A DNA stretch of 64,000 nucleotides from Sandaracinaceae bacterium (GCA_044220955.1 JBGAQA010000020.1:1-64000); one strand, 5' to 3'; shown: positions 37,567 through 47,170, counted from the stretch's first letter. The notes: a model not told the origin generated them from the sequence alone. Translations and numbers: made by a program.

Positions 37567-38268
37567 ATGCGCGCCCTGCTCCGACATGCCTGCGTGCTCG
37601 CGCTCGCGGTCGGCTCCGCGTCCTTCACGGCCGGCTGCGGCGGGGACGAGGAGCCCTCGGGCCCCCATCCGGGAGGCAGCTCCGCGTCGCACCCGACGGC
37701 CAGCGGGACCTCGACCGGGTTCACGCCAGGCCCGCCCTCCGGCGGTGGCAGCGGGGGCGGCTTCTCGGCGGGACCGTCCTTCGGTGGCGGCGGTGGCGGC
37801 GGTGGCGGTCACGGCCGCCTCGGGGGCATCGGGGGTGTCCTGCACGACCGCGAGGCGCGGCGCCGCGCGGCGATCGAGCGCGCGCACCGGCCGCCGGGCC
37901 CCGTTCGCCTCGGGAGCCTCGACGACACGGCCCAGCGCACGGCGGACTGGGCCTCGGCCTCGGCCTCGGCGCACCCGGTCACGTCGGTCGACGACGACCA
38001 GTGCGAGCGGCTCTGGGCACAGCACGTCGCGACGACCGAGGCGTATCACACGACGCGCCACGACGGCCTGCACTCGGCCATCAGCGACTCCGAGCAGCGG
38101 CGCTTCCTGCGCAACTGCCGCGCACAGTCCCCCGCGATGCAGCAGTGCCTGGATCGTGCGTACCTCGAGGCGCACCAGGACGAGTGCACCGAGGCGCGCG
38201 CGCAGGACCCGTCACGCCGCGCGGCGCACCGCGCCGCCGAGGCCTCGCGCGAGCCGATGCAGTTCTGA
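37567..38268 (+). CDS. Hypothetical lipoprotein with Gly-rich linker and small Cys-containing helical domain
   Basis: Lipobox TAGC; Gly/Ser/Pro linker; C-terminal QCERLW...FLRNC...QCLD...EC. Confidence 0.7.
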   Translation: MRALLRHACVLALAVGSASFTAGCGGDEEPSGPHPGGSSASHPTASGTSTGFTPGPPSGGGSGGGFSAGPSFGGGGGGGGGHGRLGGIGGVLHDREARRRAAIERAHRPPGPVRLGSLDDTAQRTADWASASASAHPVTSVDDDQCERLWAQHVATTEAYHTTRHDGLHSAISDSEQRRFLRNCRAQSPAMQQCLDRAYLEAHQDECTEARAQDPSRRAAHRAAEASREPMQF

Positions 38269-38334
38269 TCGCCTCCGAGCGCCCGGCTCGCCGGGTGCTC
38301 CAACCCTGATCCGCCGACGTAGGGAGCTCGACGC

Positions 38335-40365
38335 ATGTGGAACAAGACGTTGATGGTCTGGCTCGCCGCGCTCACCGGCACGATCGCCGGGTGCCACTGC
38401 GCGAAGGCCACGCACAACGAGGCGGGCGTCGGGGACATGGACACGGGCATCGGCGAGCCGTGCAGCGACACGATGCCCTGCCGTGCGGGTCTGTACTGCC
38501 TCGGGGGCATGTGCACGGCCGACTGCTCGCACACGATGCCCTGCGACAACGGCGCGGAGTGCACGACGGACGGCCGCTGCGTGAGCGGCGCCTGCACGTC
38601 CTCGCCTCCGCTGGCCGGCTGCGGTGACCTCTGCAGCGTGATGACCCCGTGCGATGCGGGTCTGTACTGCCTCGACGGCCTCTGCACCGCCGACTGCTCG
38701 AGCTCGGTCGCCTGCTCGAACGGACGGATGTGCTCGGCCGACGGCCACTGCGTCGGCGGCGGCGTGGACGCGGGCGTCTGCTCCAGCATCGGCGCGCCGA
38801 CGGGGTGTGGCGACGCGTGCAGCGCGTCCTCGCCCTGTCCGAGCGGGCTCTACTGTCTCGGCGGCAGCTGCACGGCGGACTGCACGGCCTCGCTCCAGTG
38901 CAGCGGCGGCCGGACCTGCTCCACGGACGGTCACTGCGTCACCGGCGGCAGCGGCAGCGACGCCGGGATCTGCGGAACCGCCAGCGCGCCCGGCGGCTGT
39001 GGCTCGAGCTGCAGCGGCAGCACGCCGTGTCCGAGCGGGCTCTACTGCCTCGGCGGCATCTGCACCTTGGACTGCACGCCCTCCGTGCCGTGCGCGAACG
39101 GCGGGACGTGCTCGAGCGACGGGCACTGCGTCGGCGGTCCCGGTTGCACCGGGAGCAGCGCTCCGGCCGGGTGCGGCACGACGTGCAGCGGCAGCCAGCC
39201 CTGCCCGAGCGGGACCTACTGCTCGAGCGGCATCTGCACGGCGGACTGCAACGTCGCGGTCGCGTGTGTCGGCGGCGGCACCTGCTCGGCCGATGGCCAC
39301 TGCACCGGCGGCGGCGGCGACGGCGGGACGCCCGTCACGTGCAACGTGCTGCTCCGCGAGCAGGACTGCGGCGGCGTGTGCGTCGCGACGCTCAGCGACC
39401 CCGCGAACTGCGGCTCGTGCGGTCACGCGTGCCCCGGCTCCGAGGTCTGCTCCACCGGCACGTGCGCCGTGATGTGCATGTCGACGCGCCTGACGAACTG
39501 CTCGCGCGCGTGCGTCGACACGATGACGGACCCCGACAACTGCGGCACGTGCGGCCACGCCTGCCCCAACAACCAGCAGTGCCTGAGCGGCGTGTGCGGG
39601 TGCGCCACGTCGCGCGGCCAGACGCTCTGCGACGAGCACTGCGTGAACGTCGACAGCGATCGGCTGCACTGCGGGACGTGCGGACACGAGTGCGTCACGA
39701 CCTGCCCCTCGCGGGCCGCGACGTGCGAGTCCCAGGGCATCGGCTGCGGCCCCGCGGGCGACGGCTGCGGCAACCTGCTCGACTGCAACGGCTGCACGGC
39801 GCCCGACACCTGCGGCGGCGGCGGCGTCCTCGGGCAGTGCGGCCATCGCGACGGCGGCACGTGCGTCCCGACGAGCTGCGACGCGCTCGGGATCACGTGC
39901 GGCCCGATCGGCGACGGCTGCGGCGGCATGCTCTTCTGCGGTAGCTGCACGGCGCCCGACACCTGCGGCGGCGGCGGCGTGCTCGGTCGCTGCGGGCGAC
40001 CGGTGTGCTCGCACGAGGCCTGCATGGACCAGTGCCCGGGCACGACGCTGTGCTTCACCGAGCAAGGGGGCGATCGCATCGACAGCATCTGCTTCGACAC
40101 GGGCTCCGATTCCCGCAACTGTGGCGGCTGCGGCATCACCTGCGGGCTCGGGACCTGCGGCGGCGGCAGCTGTCACTGCCCGGCGGCCGCCGTCGACGCG
40201 AACGGCTCCGACGCCGGCCGGGCGATGTGCCCGCCCGAGGGCTGCATCAACTGCGGCCCGTCCATCGGCTGCGTCAACCAGGCCGTCGATCGGCAGCACT
40301 GCGGCAACTGCTCGACGGTGTGCAGCTCCACGCAGTCGTGCACGAACGGTCGATGCACCCCCTGA
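38335..40365 (+). CDS. Cys-rich repeat lipoprotein (myxobacterial Cys-rich/Stig1-like repeats)
   Basis: Lipobox IAGC; five GLYCLGGxCTADC-type repeats, five DxxNCGxCGxxC-type repeats and two CGPxGDGCG...CTAPDTCGGGGVLG repeats. Confidence 0.9.
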   Translation: MWNKTLMVWLAALTGTIAGCHCAKATHNEAGVGDMDTGIGEPCSDTMPCRAGLYCLGGMCTADCSHTMPCDNGAECTTDGRCVSGACTSSPPLAGCGDLCSVMTPCDAGLYCLDGLCTADCSSSVACSNGRMCSADGHCVGGGVDAGVCSSIGAPTGCGDACSASSPCPSGLYCLGGSCTADCTASLQCSGGRTCSTDGHCVTGGSGSDAGICGTASAPGGCGSSCSGSTPCPSGLYCLGGICTLDCTPSVPCANGGTCSSDGHCVGGPGCTGSSAPAGCGTTCSGSQPCPSGTYCSSGICTADCNVAVACVGGGTCSADGHCTGGGGDGGTPVTCNVLLREQDCGGVCVATLSDPANCGSCGHACPGSEVCSTGTCAVMCMSTRLTNCSRACVDTMTDPDNCGTCGHACPNNQQCLSGVCGCATSRGQTLCDEHCVNVDSDRLHCGTCGHECVTTCPSRAATCESQGIGCGPAGDGCGNLLDCNGCTAPDTCGGGGVLGQCGHRDGGTCVPTSCDALGITCGPIGDGCGGMLFCGSCTAPDTCGGGGVLGRCGRPVCSHEACMDQCPGTTLCFTEQGGDRIDSICFDTGSDSRNCGGCGITCGLGTCGGGSCHCPAAAVDANGSDAGRAMCPPEGCINCGPSIGCVNQAVDRQHCGNCSTVCSSTQSCTNGRCTP

Positions 40366-40392
40366 GCGAGAGAAGCTGACCTCGCGGGGCCC

Positions 40393-41046
40393 CTACTCGG
40401 GCGTCGCGAGGTTCCCGAACACCAAGCGGTAGCCGCCCGGCGTGCGCATCTCGGCCACGAGCCGGTGCGCCGCCGCGTCGTAGTGCGCCTCGAGCAGCTC
40501 CCAGCCCGAGCAGAGCGAGGCGCTGCCTGCGATGTGGCTCATGCCTTCTGCGCAGATGGTCGCCTGCTCCATCGCGAGCACCAGCTGCTGTCCCGCGCGG
40601 GCGGGGTCGCGCGGCTGATGGATCGACACGACCACGGGCGCGGACGATGCGTTGATCGCGCCGTCGAACGAGAGCACCGGCCCGATGCGCGTGAAGCGGC
40701 TCCCCGCCATCGCGCCGTGAACCTCCGCGGGCGCGAAGGGCGCGCGGCTCTCGGCGAAGGTCATCCGTCGCGCCGAGCCGATCGGCAGGTGTGGCGGGAT
40801 GAAGAGGCGAGCCTTGCTGTGCAGCTCGAACGTCATCCCGTCCTGGCCGACGGCGGCGGTGACGTCGCGCGTCCCAGTGCGCGTCGGCGGTCCGGTCGGA
40901 GCGGGCGGCGTGGCCTCCGCCTCCGACGTCTCCGCCTCGTCGTCCTCCGCTTCGTCCTGGGCGTCGAGCGTCTGGACGAGCGTGGTCCCGAACGAGATCG
41001 TGATGGCGACCAGGAGGATCAGGCGGAGCGTGCGGGCGACCGGCAT
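40393..41046 (-). CDS. Exported hypothetical protein with ZU5-like beta-sandwich
   Basis: Signal peptide, acidic linker, then VGQDGMTFEL...LFIPP...IGPVLSF...PVVVSI...W. Confidence 0.55.
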   Translation of the reverse strand: MPVARTLRLILLVAITISFGTTLVQTLDAQDEAEDDEAETSEAEATPPAPTGPPTRTGTRDVTAAVGQDGMTFELHSKARLFIPPHLPIGSARRMTFAESRAPFAPAEVHGAMAGSRFTRIGPVLSFDGAINASSAPVVVSIHQPRDPARAGQQLVLAMEQATICAEGMSHIAGSASLCSGWELLEAHYDAAAHRLVAEMRTPGGYRLVFGNLATPE

Positions 41047-41141
41047 CCGGGGATCATGCAACGCCAGACGGCGTGTGAACAACGCACCCTTTGGGATCGT
41101 CCTCACGTCTGCTACTACACCCCCGCGAGGCGCGAGATCGC

Positions 41142-41723
41142 ATGTTCGGCATTGGTTTCTGGGAGATGCTGATGATCGGCGGGCTGGTCCTCGTCGCGGT
41201 CGGTCCGGAGCGTCTTCCGAGCATGATCAAGTCGATCGCGCGTCTCTACCGGCAGGCGCGCCGCGCGGCGACGGACATCCGGCAGTCCACCGGCATCGAC
41301 GACGTGCTGCGGGACGACGAGCTCAAGGAGCTCGCGGCGCTTCGGAACCAGAAGATCCAGCTCCTCGGCGGCCCGGCGAGCGCCAAGCCCACGGCCGCCA
41401 AGCCCGTCCCTGGCAAGCCCGGCACGCCCGACGGCGCGCTCGCCAAGCCGGTCGCGGGCGACGCCAACGCGGCCCCGGTCGAGGGCAAGCCCATGCCGAT
41501 CGAGGGCAAGCCCATGCCGATCGAGGGCAAGCCCATGCCTGTCGAGGGCAAGCCCTTCGGCAAGCCGAGCGTGCCCGTCACGGGCGCCATGGACGCGCCC
41601 GTCGTGCTCCGCGGCCTCTCGCTCGAGGATCGTCGCCGCGAGCTGCCCATCGAGGGGGTCGACGTGCTCTGGGCTCGCGCGCACACGACCCACGCGTCCG
41701 TCCGGGACGGGGAGGCAGCGTGA
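41142..41723 (+). CDS. tatB: Twin-arginine translocase TatB (TatA/B family)
   Basis: MFGIGFWEMLMI...VGPERLP; directly upstream of tatC. Confidence 0.88.
   Translation: MFGIGFWEMLMIGGLVLVAVGPERLPSMIKSIARLYRQARRAATDIRQSTGIDDVLRDDELKELAALRNQKIQLLGGPASAKPTAAKPVPGKPGTPDGALAKPVAGDANAAPVEGKPMPIEGKPMPIEGKPMPVEGKPFGKPSVPVTGAMDAPVVLRGLSLEDRRRELPIEGVDVLWARAHTTHASVRDGEAA
41475..41558 (+). repeat. Four tandem 21-bp repeats encoding P(V/I)EGKP(M/F) in tatB
   Basis: Unit ccg-gtc/atc-gagggcaagccc-atg, four near-perfect copies. Confidence 0.9.
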
Positions 41724-42679
41724 TGGCGGAGCCGGCTGCATCGGTGGACGAGTCGGTCACCTCGAAGAGCCGCCCGGGCACGCGCGCCGAGGAGAAGCAG
41801 GCCGCCTACGTCGCGGCGCAGAAGGCCGCCGCGGCCGGGAAGAAGCCCAAGAGCGGCGACGACCCCGAGGACGACGTCGAGATGTCGTTCATGGAGCACC
41901 TCGTCGAGCTCCGGAAGTACCTCGTCCGCTCGGTGTGGGGCTTCATCCCGGGGATCATCGTCGCGTGGCTCTACCGCGAGGAGATCCTCATCTTCCTCGC
42001 ATACCCGTTCGTGCACGCGTACGAGGAGCTGCACCTCGGCCAGGCGCAGCTGCACTTCGCCAACCCCGCCGACCTGCTCGTGCAGTACATGCTCATCGCG
42101 CTCGTCTGCGGCGGCATCTTCGGCAGCCCGTGGGCCTTCGCCCAGCTCTGGCAGTTCATCTCGCCCGGCCTCTACCGGCGCGAGAAGATGATGGCGATCC
42201 CCTTCGTCTTCATGAGCACCCTCTTCTTCGTGGGCGGCGCGTTCTTCGGCTACTGGTTCGTCCTGCCGCCCGCGTTCACGGCGCTGCTCTCGTTCGCCGG
42301 TGACCTCACCGACGTCGGGCTCGGAGGAGCGGGCGCGCTGCGCCTCGAGCCGACGATCATGATCGATCAGTACATCGAGGTCTCGCTGCGCCTCCTGATC
42401 GCGCTCGGCGTCGTCTTCGAGGAGCCCATCCTCATCGGCTTCATCTCCTACATCGGCCTGGTGAACTGGAGGCAGCTGCTCGAGTTCAGCCGCTGGTGGG
42501 TCGTGATCGCGTCGGTGGTCGCCGCGATCCTCACCCCCACCCCCGACATCGCCACGATGATGCTCGTGATGGTGCCGCTCGTCGTGCTCTACTATCTGGG
42601 TATCCTGTTCGCGTACCTCTTCGGCCCGAAGGCGCCCACGGCCGCGGAGCTCGCTGCGCAGAAAGCCCGAGAAGAGTGA
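41723..42679 (+). CDS. tatC: Twin-arginine translocase TatC
   Basis: EMSFMEHLVELR, WQFISPGLYRRE, FEEP, AILTPTPD. ATG 41723 overlaps the tatB stop. Confidence 0.96.
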   Translation: MAEPAASVDESVTSKSRPGTRAEEKQAAYVAAQKAAAAGKKPKSGDDPEDDVEMSFMEHLVELRKYLVRSVWGFIPGIIVAWLYREEILIFLAYPFVHAYEELHLGQAQLHFANPADLLVQYMLIALVCGGIFGSPWAFAQLWQFISPGLYRREKMMAIPFVFMSTLFFVGGAFFGYWFVLPPAFTALLSFAGDLTDVGLGGAGALRLEPTIMIDQYIEVSLRLLIALGVVFEEPILIGFISYIGLVNWRQLLEFSRWWVVIASVVAAILTPTPDIATMMLVMVPLVVLYYLGILFAYLFGPKAPTAAELAAQKAREE

Positions 42680-43092
42680 TGAGCAAGGAAGTACGCAAGC
42701 CCATCCTCGTGGTCGACGACGACCGCGACCTCGCCACCATGATGAAGAAGTTCCTCGAGCACCACGGCTGGCGCGTCGTGGTGGTCACCGATCCTCGCTC
42801 GGCGATCACCCGCGTGATCGACGCGGGTCCGGCGCTCGTGCTCGTCGATCTGATGATGCCCTACCTCGATGGCGAGGATCTCGTGCGCCAGCTGCGCGGC
42901 GTCCTGCACCGCGAGACGCCTGCCGTCGTGCTCGTGAGCGCGTCGCACCAGCGCACCGAAGTGCAGAAGCGGCTGGGTCTGCCGGCGAGCCTGGCCAAGC
43001 CCTTCCCGATGGAGGATCTGCTCGACCTCTGCATTCGCTTCGCGAGCGAGCACCGCGAGACGCCGGGCTCGACGCCGCCGGCCGTGAGCTGA
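42679..43092 (+). CDS. Single-domain response regulator (CheY-like)
   Basis: ILVVDDD, VDLMMPYLDG, VSA, KPF. Confidence 0.92.
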   Translation: MSKEVRKPILVVDDDRDLATMMKKFLEHHGWRVVVVTDPRSAITRVIDAGPALVLVDLMMPYLDGEDLVRQLRGVLHRETPAVVLVSASHQRTEVQKRLGLPASLAKPFPMEDLLDLCIRFASEHRETPGSTPPAVS

Positions 43093-43214
43093 GCCTGCTC
43101 TGCCCTTCGGCGCCGACTTTGTGCGCTCAGCACCGGTCACTCCGCTCGGCCGCCGATTTTTTTACGTAACCCGCGCGGCGGACGACGATCTCCCGGCTAC
43201 CCAGGAGATCGACC

Positions 43215-43922
43215 ATGAACCGCAAGCTCTCGTCCCTCGGCCTCGCTCTGGCCCTCGCGGCAGCCCTCGTCGCCGCCACCGCACCGAGCCGCGTGTATGC
43301 CCACGACCAGAGCGGCGCGGGCATCGGCGCCAACGTCACGCTCGGCGGCATCAGCGGCCTCAACCTGAACTACTGGCTCGCGAGCAGCATGATGCTCGAG
43401 TTCATGCTGGCGACGAGCATGAACTTCCCGCGGCCGGACGGCACGGTGGTCGGCTTCAACCTCGGCGGCTCGATCGGCTTCTTCGGCACGCTCGCCGGCA
43501 ACGACACCACGAACCTGATGCTGGGTGGCCGCTTCGCCGTGCTCGCGAACATCAACACCACCAACGCCGCCGACTTCCCGGACGACGCCGTGACGCTCGA
43601 GATCGACGTCCCGCTGCGCGTCGAGCACTGGTTCGATCCCAACTTCTCGTTCAACTGTCAGGTCGGCTTCGCGCTCGTGATCACGCCCGACGTCAACGGC
43701 GATCCGGGCGCGCACGTCCCGAACTCGGCCGCCGGTGGTATCGGCGGTACCGGTCTCTTCGGTGGGGCCGGCTTCACGTACTACTTCGACGGCGGTGACG
43801 TCGGCGGTGGCGGCGGCGGGGGCGGCGGCGGCGGTGGCGGCGGCGGTGGGGGCGGGACCGGGCCCTCGACGCCCCCGCCGAGCGGCGACGCCCCGGATCA
43901 GGAGTCTGGCGCGGGCTGGTAG
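43215..43922 (+). CDS. Outer-membrane beta-barrel-like protein with poly-Gly tail
   Basis: AGGAG RBS, signal peptide and amphipathic strands ending GFTYYF, then Gly18 and a short Pro/acidic tail. Confidence 0.75.
   Translation: MNRKLSSLGLALALAAALVAATAPSRVYAHDQSGAGIGANVTLGGISGLNLNYWLASSMMLEFMLATSMNFPRPDGTVVGFNLGGSIGFFGTLAGNDTTNLMLGGRFAVLANINTTNAADFPDDAVTLEIDVPLRVEHWFDPNFSFNCQVGFALVITPDVNGDPGAHVPNSAAGGIGGTGLFGGAGFTYYFDGGDVGGGGGGGGGGGGGGGGGGTGPSTPPPSGDAPDQESGAGW
43803..43856 (+). repeat. Poly-glycine tract (18 GGN codons)
   Basis: Direct codon count in the sequence. Confidence 0.9.
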
Positions 43923-43946
43923 ACCCCGCGCTCGAGTACAGGGAGG

Positions 43947-43984
43947 GGTCGCGCGGCGTGAGCCTCGCGACCTTTCGCCTTTTT
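43947..43984 (+). terminator. Rho-independent terminator
   Basis: Stem GGTCGCGcGGC-GTGA-GCCtCGCGACC followed by TTTCGCCTTTTT, 25 nt after the stop at 43922. Confidence 0.7.
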
Positions 43985-44110
43985 CCGGCACTCTCGCGCG
44001 GACACGTTTCTTCACTTCCCCTGGCGATGCGTCGCAACACGGGGCGTCCATGTTCCTGCTCGCAAGACGACGCGCCGGCGCGACGCCGGCCGCGAGGAAA
44101 GGACGCCAAC

Positions 44111-44644
44111 ATGCTGGGTTTCGTCATCGGGTTCCTGTGCCTGTTCGGGCTGATCAAGGTGATGCGCTACGGACGCGCGGGCGCGTGCGGCGGCGGCTAC
44201 GGGATGCACGGCGGCTGGGGCCACCACGGCCATCACGGCGGCTGGGGCCGGCGCGGTGGGTGGCGCGAAGGCGGCGGCGACTTCTGGCTCCGTGGTCTCT
44301 ACGAGAAGCTCGACGCGACGCCGGGTCAGGAGAAGGTGATCCGCGCCGCCGCCGACGAGATCAAGGCGGCGATGGCCGGCGCCCGCGGGGAGCTCGAGGC
44401 GAGCCGCCGCGACGTAGCCAAGGCGGTGCGCTCGGGCGCGGTGGACGAAGTGCAGCTCGGCGAGCTCTTCGCCCGGCACGACGAGAAGCTGCGCGAGGTC
44501 CGCAAGGCCTTCGTCGGCGCGCTGGCGAAGGTGAACGAGGCGCTCGACGAGGATCAGCGCAAGCGCCTCGCGGACATGCTCGAGGGCGGCCTCGGCCGCT
44601 TCGGCGGCTTCGGCGGCCCCTACCGCGAAGGCCACTGGGCCTGA
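44111..44644 (+). CDS. Spy/CpxP/periplasmic heavy-metal-sensor family protein
   Basis: N-terminal TM, His/Gly-rich linker, and LDATPGQ and LDEDQR (LTxxQ-like) motifs. Confidence 0.8.
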   Translation: MLGFVIGFLCLFGLIKVMRYGRAGACGGGYGMHGGWGHHGHHGGWGRRGGWREGGGDFWLRGLYEKLDATPGQEKVIRAAADEIKAAMAGARGELEASRRDVAKAVRSGAVDEVQLGELFARHDEKLREVRKAFVGALAKVNEALDEDQRKRLADMLEGGLGRFGGFGGPYREGHWA

Positions 44645-44683
44645 ACGAGAACCTGAAGCGACGAATTGAAGGAGACGACGACA

Positions 44684-45028
44684 ATGCATCCGATCAAGCG
44701 TGGAGTTCTCGTGGTGCTTCTCTCGCTCGGGGCCATCGGTGGGTTCACCCACGGCTTCGCGCGCATGGCCCAGTGCCACCAAGGTGGCTGCGCGGCGTCG
44801 AGCCGCCGTGACGAGTTCGAAGAGCACATCGCCGACGTCTGCACGCGCTCCGCGCAGCGCGTCTACGACGAGCAGCAGGGCGACCGCCACCCGCAGGGCG
44901 GGTGGGGAGGCCCGCAGCAGCAGTGGGGTGGCCCGCCCCCCTCGTGGGGCCCGCCGCCGCAGTACTGGGGCGCCCCGCCGCCCGCAGCGGCGGTCGCGCC
45001 CCCCGCGCCCGCAGCTCCTTCCGAGTGA
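44684..45028 (+). CDS. Small hypothetical membrane/exported protein with WG/Pro-rich tail
   Basis: AAGGAG RBS, TM, three Cys and WGGP repeats. Confidence 0.65.
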   Translation: MHPIKRGVLVVLLSLGAIGGFTHGFARMAQCHQGGCAASSRRDEFEEHIADVCTRSAQRVYDEQQGDRHPQGGWGGPQQQWGGPPPSWGPPPQYWGAPPPAAAVAPPAPAAPSE

Positions 45029-45112
45029 CGCGATGACGACGGGGCAGGACGGCTGGCTCGATGCGTCGAGCGGCCGTCCTGCGCGCGTTCGTGTGTAGAC
45101 TGCGAGGCCACG

Positions 45113-45820
45113 ATGATCCGCGTCCTGCTCGTCGACGACGACCGCCGCCTCTTCGAGCTCCTCGAGGAGTACATGTCCCAGAACGGCGTCTCGCTGACGT
45201 ACGCGCCGGACGGCAAGAGCGGCCTCGAGAAGCTCCGGCCCGCGGCGCAGGGCGGCTCGGGCGGCGCCTTCGATGCCGTGCTGCTCGACGTGATGATGCC
45301 GCAGGTGGACGGGCTCGAGGTGCTGCGTCGGATCCGCGCCGACAGCCGTGTGCCGGTGCTCATGTTGACCGCCCGAGGCGACGAGACCGATCGCGTCGTC
45401 GGCCTCGAGCTGGGCGCCGACGACTACGTGCCCAAGCCCTTCTCGCCGCGCGAGCTGCTCGCACGCCTGCGCGCGGTGCTGCGGCGCGCGTCGCCCGACG
45501 CGACGGGCGAGCGCCTGAGCGCCGCGGGCATCATGGCCGACGTCGGTACGCGCGAAGTGACGGTCGAGGGCAAGCCCGTCGAGCTCACGGGCCTCGAGTT
45601 CGACATCCTCGTCGCGCTCCTGCGCCGTGCCGGGCGTGTGATCCCGCGCAACGCTCTGCTCGCGGAGGCTGGCCGCGACGACGTGGTCGTCGGCGAGCGC
45701 ACGGTCGACGTCCACATCTCGCGCCTCCGCAAGAAGATCGGGGACGACGGGCAGGACCGCATCAAGACGGTGCGCGGCGTCGGCTACGTGCTCTCGAAGG
45801 AGCCGGTCCCCGGAACGTAG
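45113..45820 (+). CDS. OmpR/CpxR-family response regulator
   Basis: REC domain (LLDVMMP, GADDYVPKPFSPREL) and winged helix (RTVDVHISRLRKK, TVRGVGY). Confidence 0.96.
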   Translation: MIRVLLVDDDRRLFELLEEYMSQNGVSLTYAPDGKSGLEKLRPAAQGGSGGAFDAVLLDVMMPQVDGLEVLRRIRADSRVPVLMLTARGDETDRVVGLELGADDYVPKPFSPRELLARLRAVLRRASPDATGERLSAAGIMADVGTREVTVEGKPVELTGLEFDILVALLRRAGRVIPRNALLAEAGRDDVVVGERTVDVHISRLRKKIGDDGQDRIKTVRGVGYVLSKEPVPGT

Positions 45821-47146
45821 ATGGGCCTCGGTCACTACGTCCGCGCGCGCCTGCATCGCCGCATCTTCGTCTGGTTCGGCGCATCGATCGTCATGACGGG
45901 CGCGACCGTGTGGGTCGTGCTCTCCCTCTTCTCGCCGGAGGCGAACGAAGCGCGCGAGCACTGGGAGGACTTCCACAGCTTCGTCGGCGACCGCTTCGCC
46001 CACGTCTGGGAGGAGCCGGCGGAGCGTGACGAGCTCGCGGCCGCCATCGCCGAGGGCCTGCGCATGGGCGTCGTCCTGCGCGATGCGCACGGCGAGCGCA
46101 TCGACGCCTTCGGGCCCGACTGCGATCGCGTCCAGTTCGACACCGACGTTCGCCTCGCCAGCGGGATCGTCGGACGCGTCGAGCTCTGCTCGCCGCGCCA
46201 CGATCGGGTCCGCGGCATCGCCATGTTGATCGTCGTCCTCGTCGTCGCGTGCGGGACCCTCTGGGCCGCCGCGGGCCTCATCGCGCGCCGCATCGGGCGC
46301 CCGCTCTGGCAGGTCGCGCGTGTCGCGTCCGACATCGGCAACGGGCAGCTCGGCAGCCGTGTGCGCCTGCATCGCCACCACCGCAAGGACGAGATCGGCA
46401 TGCTCGCCGAGGCGATCAACGACATGGCGGCGCGCATCGAGAAGCAGCTCAAGGACCAGCGCGAGCTGCTCGCGGCCGTCTCGCACGAACTGCGCACGCC
46501 TCTGGGCCACGCGCGCGTTCTGCTCGAGATGCTCCGCGAGCGTGGCGCGGGCGACGGACACGCGTCCGACGACAAGACGATCGACGAGATCGAGCGCGAG
46601 ATCCTGGAGATCGACGACCTCGTCGGCGAGCTGCTCGCGAGCTCGCGGCTCTCGTTCGAGACGCTCAGCTACACCAAGCTCGAGGCCCTCGACGTGGCCG
46701 CGCGCGCGCTCGAGCGCGTCGGCCTGCCGCTCGACCTGCTCTCGAGCGACGACGAGACGATCGCCTTCGAGGGTGACGCGACGCTTCTCGGTCGTGCGCT
46801 GGCGAACCTCCTCGAGAACGCCAAGCGCCACGGTGGTGGCCTCACGCGCCTACGCATCGATGCCACGTCGGACGAGGTCAGCTTCGTCGCCGAGGACCGT
46901 GGCCCCGGCTTCACCGAGGCGGAGCGCGACAAGGTCTTCGATGCGTTCTACCGCGGCGACCACCGCGCGGGCGCGGCGCACGGCTCGCTCGGCCTCGGGC
47001 TCTCGCTCGTCCGCCGCATCGCGCTCGCGCACGGCGGGCGCGCGTGGGCGGAGAACGAGCCGGGCGGCGGTGCCCGCGTGGGCATTCGCATCGCCCGCAC
47101 GAGGCGCGCCGACCCCGCGCGCAAGACGGCCGCCGAGAGCGTCTGA
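45821..47146 (+). CDS. HAMP-domain sensor histidine kinase
   Basis: Two TMs, HAMP, SHELRTPL, NLLENA, DRGPG, GLGLSLV. Confidence 0.96.
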   Translation: MGLGHYVRARLHRRIFVWFGASIVMTGATVWVVLSLFSPEANEAREHWEDFHSFVGDRFAHVWEEPAERDELAAAIAEGLRMGVVLRDAHGERIDAFGPDCDRVQFDTDVRLASGIVGRVELCSPRHDRVRGIAMLIVVLVVACGTLWAAAGLIARRIGRPLWQVARVASDIGNGQLGSRVRLHRHHRKDEIGMLAEAINDMAARIEKQLKDQRELLAAVSHELRTPLGHARVLLEMLRERGAGDGHASDDKTIDEIEREILEIDDLVGELLASSRLSFETLSYTKLEALDVAARALERVGLPLDLLSSDDETIAFEGDATLLGRALANLLENAKRHGGGLTRLRIDATSDEVSFVAEDRGPGFTEAERDKVFDAFYRGDHRAGAAHGSLGLGLSLVRRIALAHGGRAWAENEPGGGARVGIRIARTRRADPARKTAAESV

Positions 47147-47170
47147 GCGCCGCGCCGCGCGCCGGCGATC

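Noticed and set aside
38335..40365. CRISPR-like or non-coding repeat array (also considered for 53189-53323 and 41475-41558)
   Set aside because: The repeats are in-frame, degenerate at codon third positions and lack unique spacers; no cas genes are present.
44012..46831. 939-aa minus-strand ORF
   Set aside because: Antisense shadow of the two-component locus.
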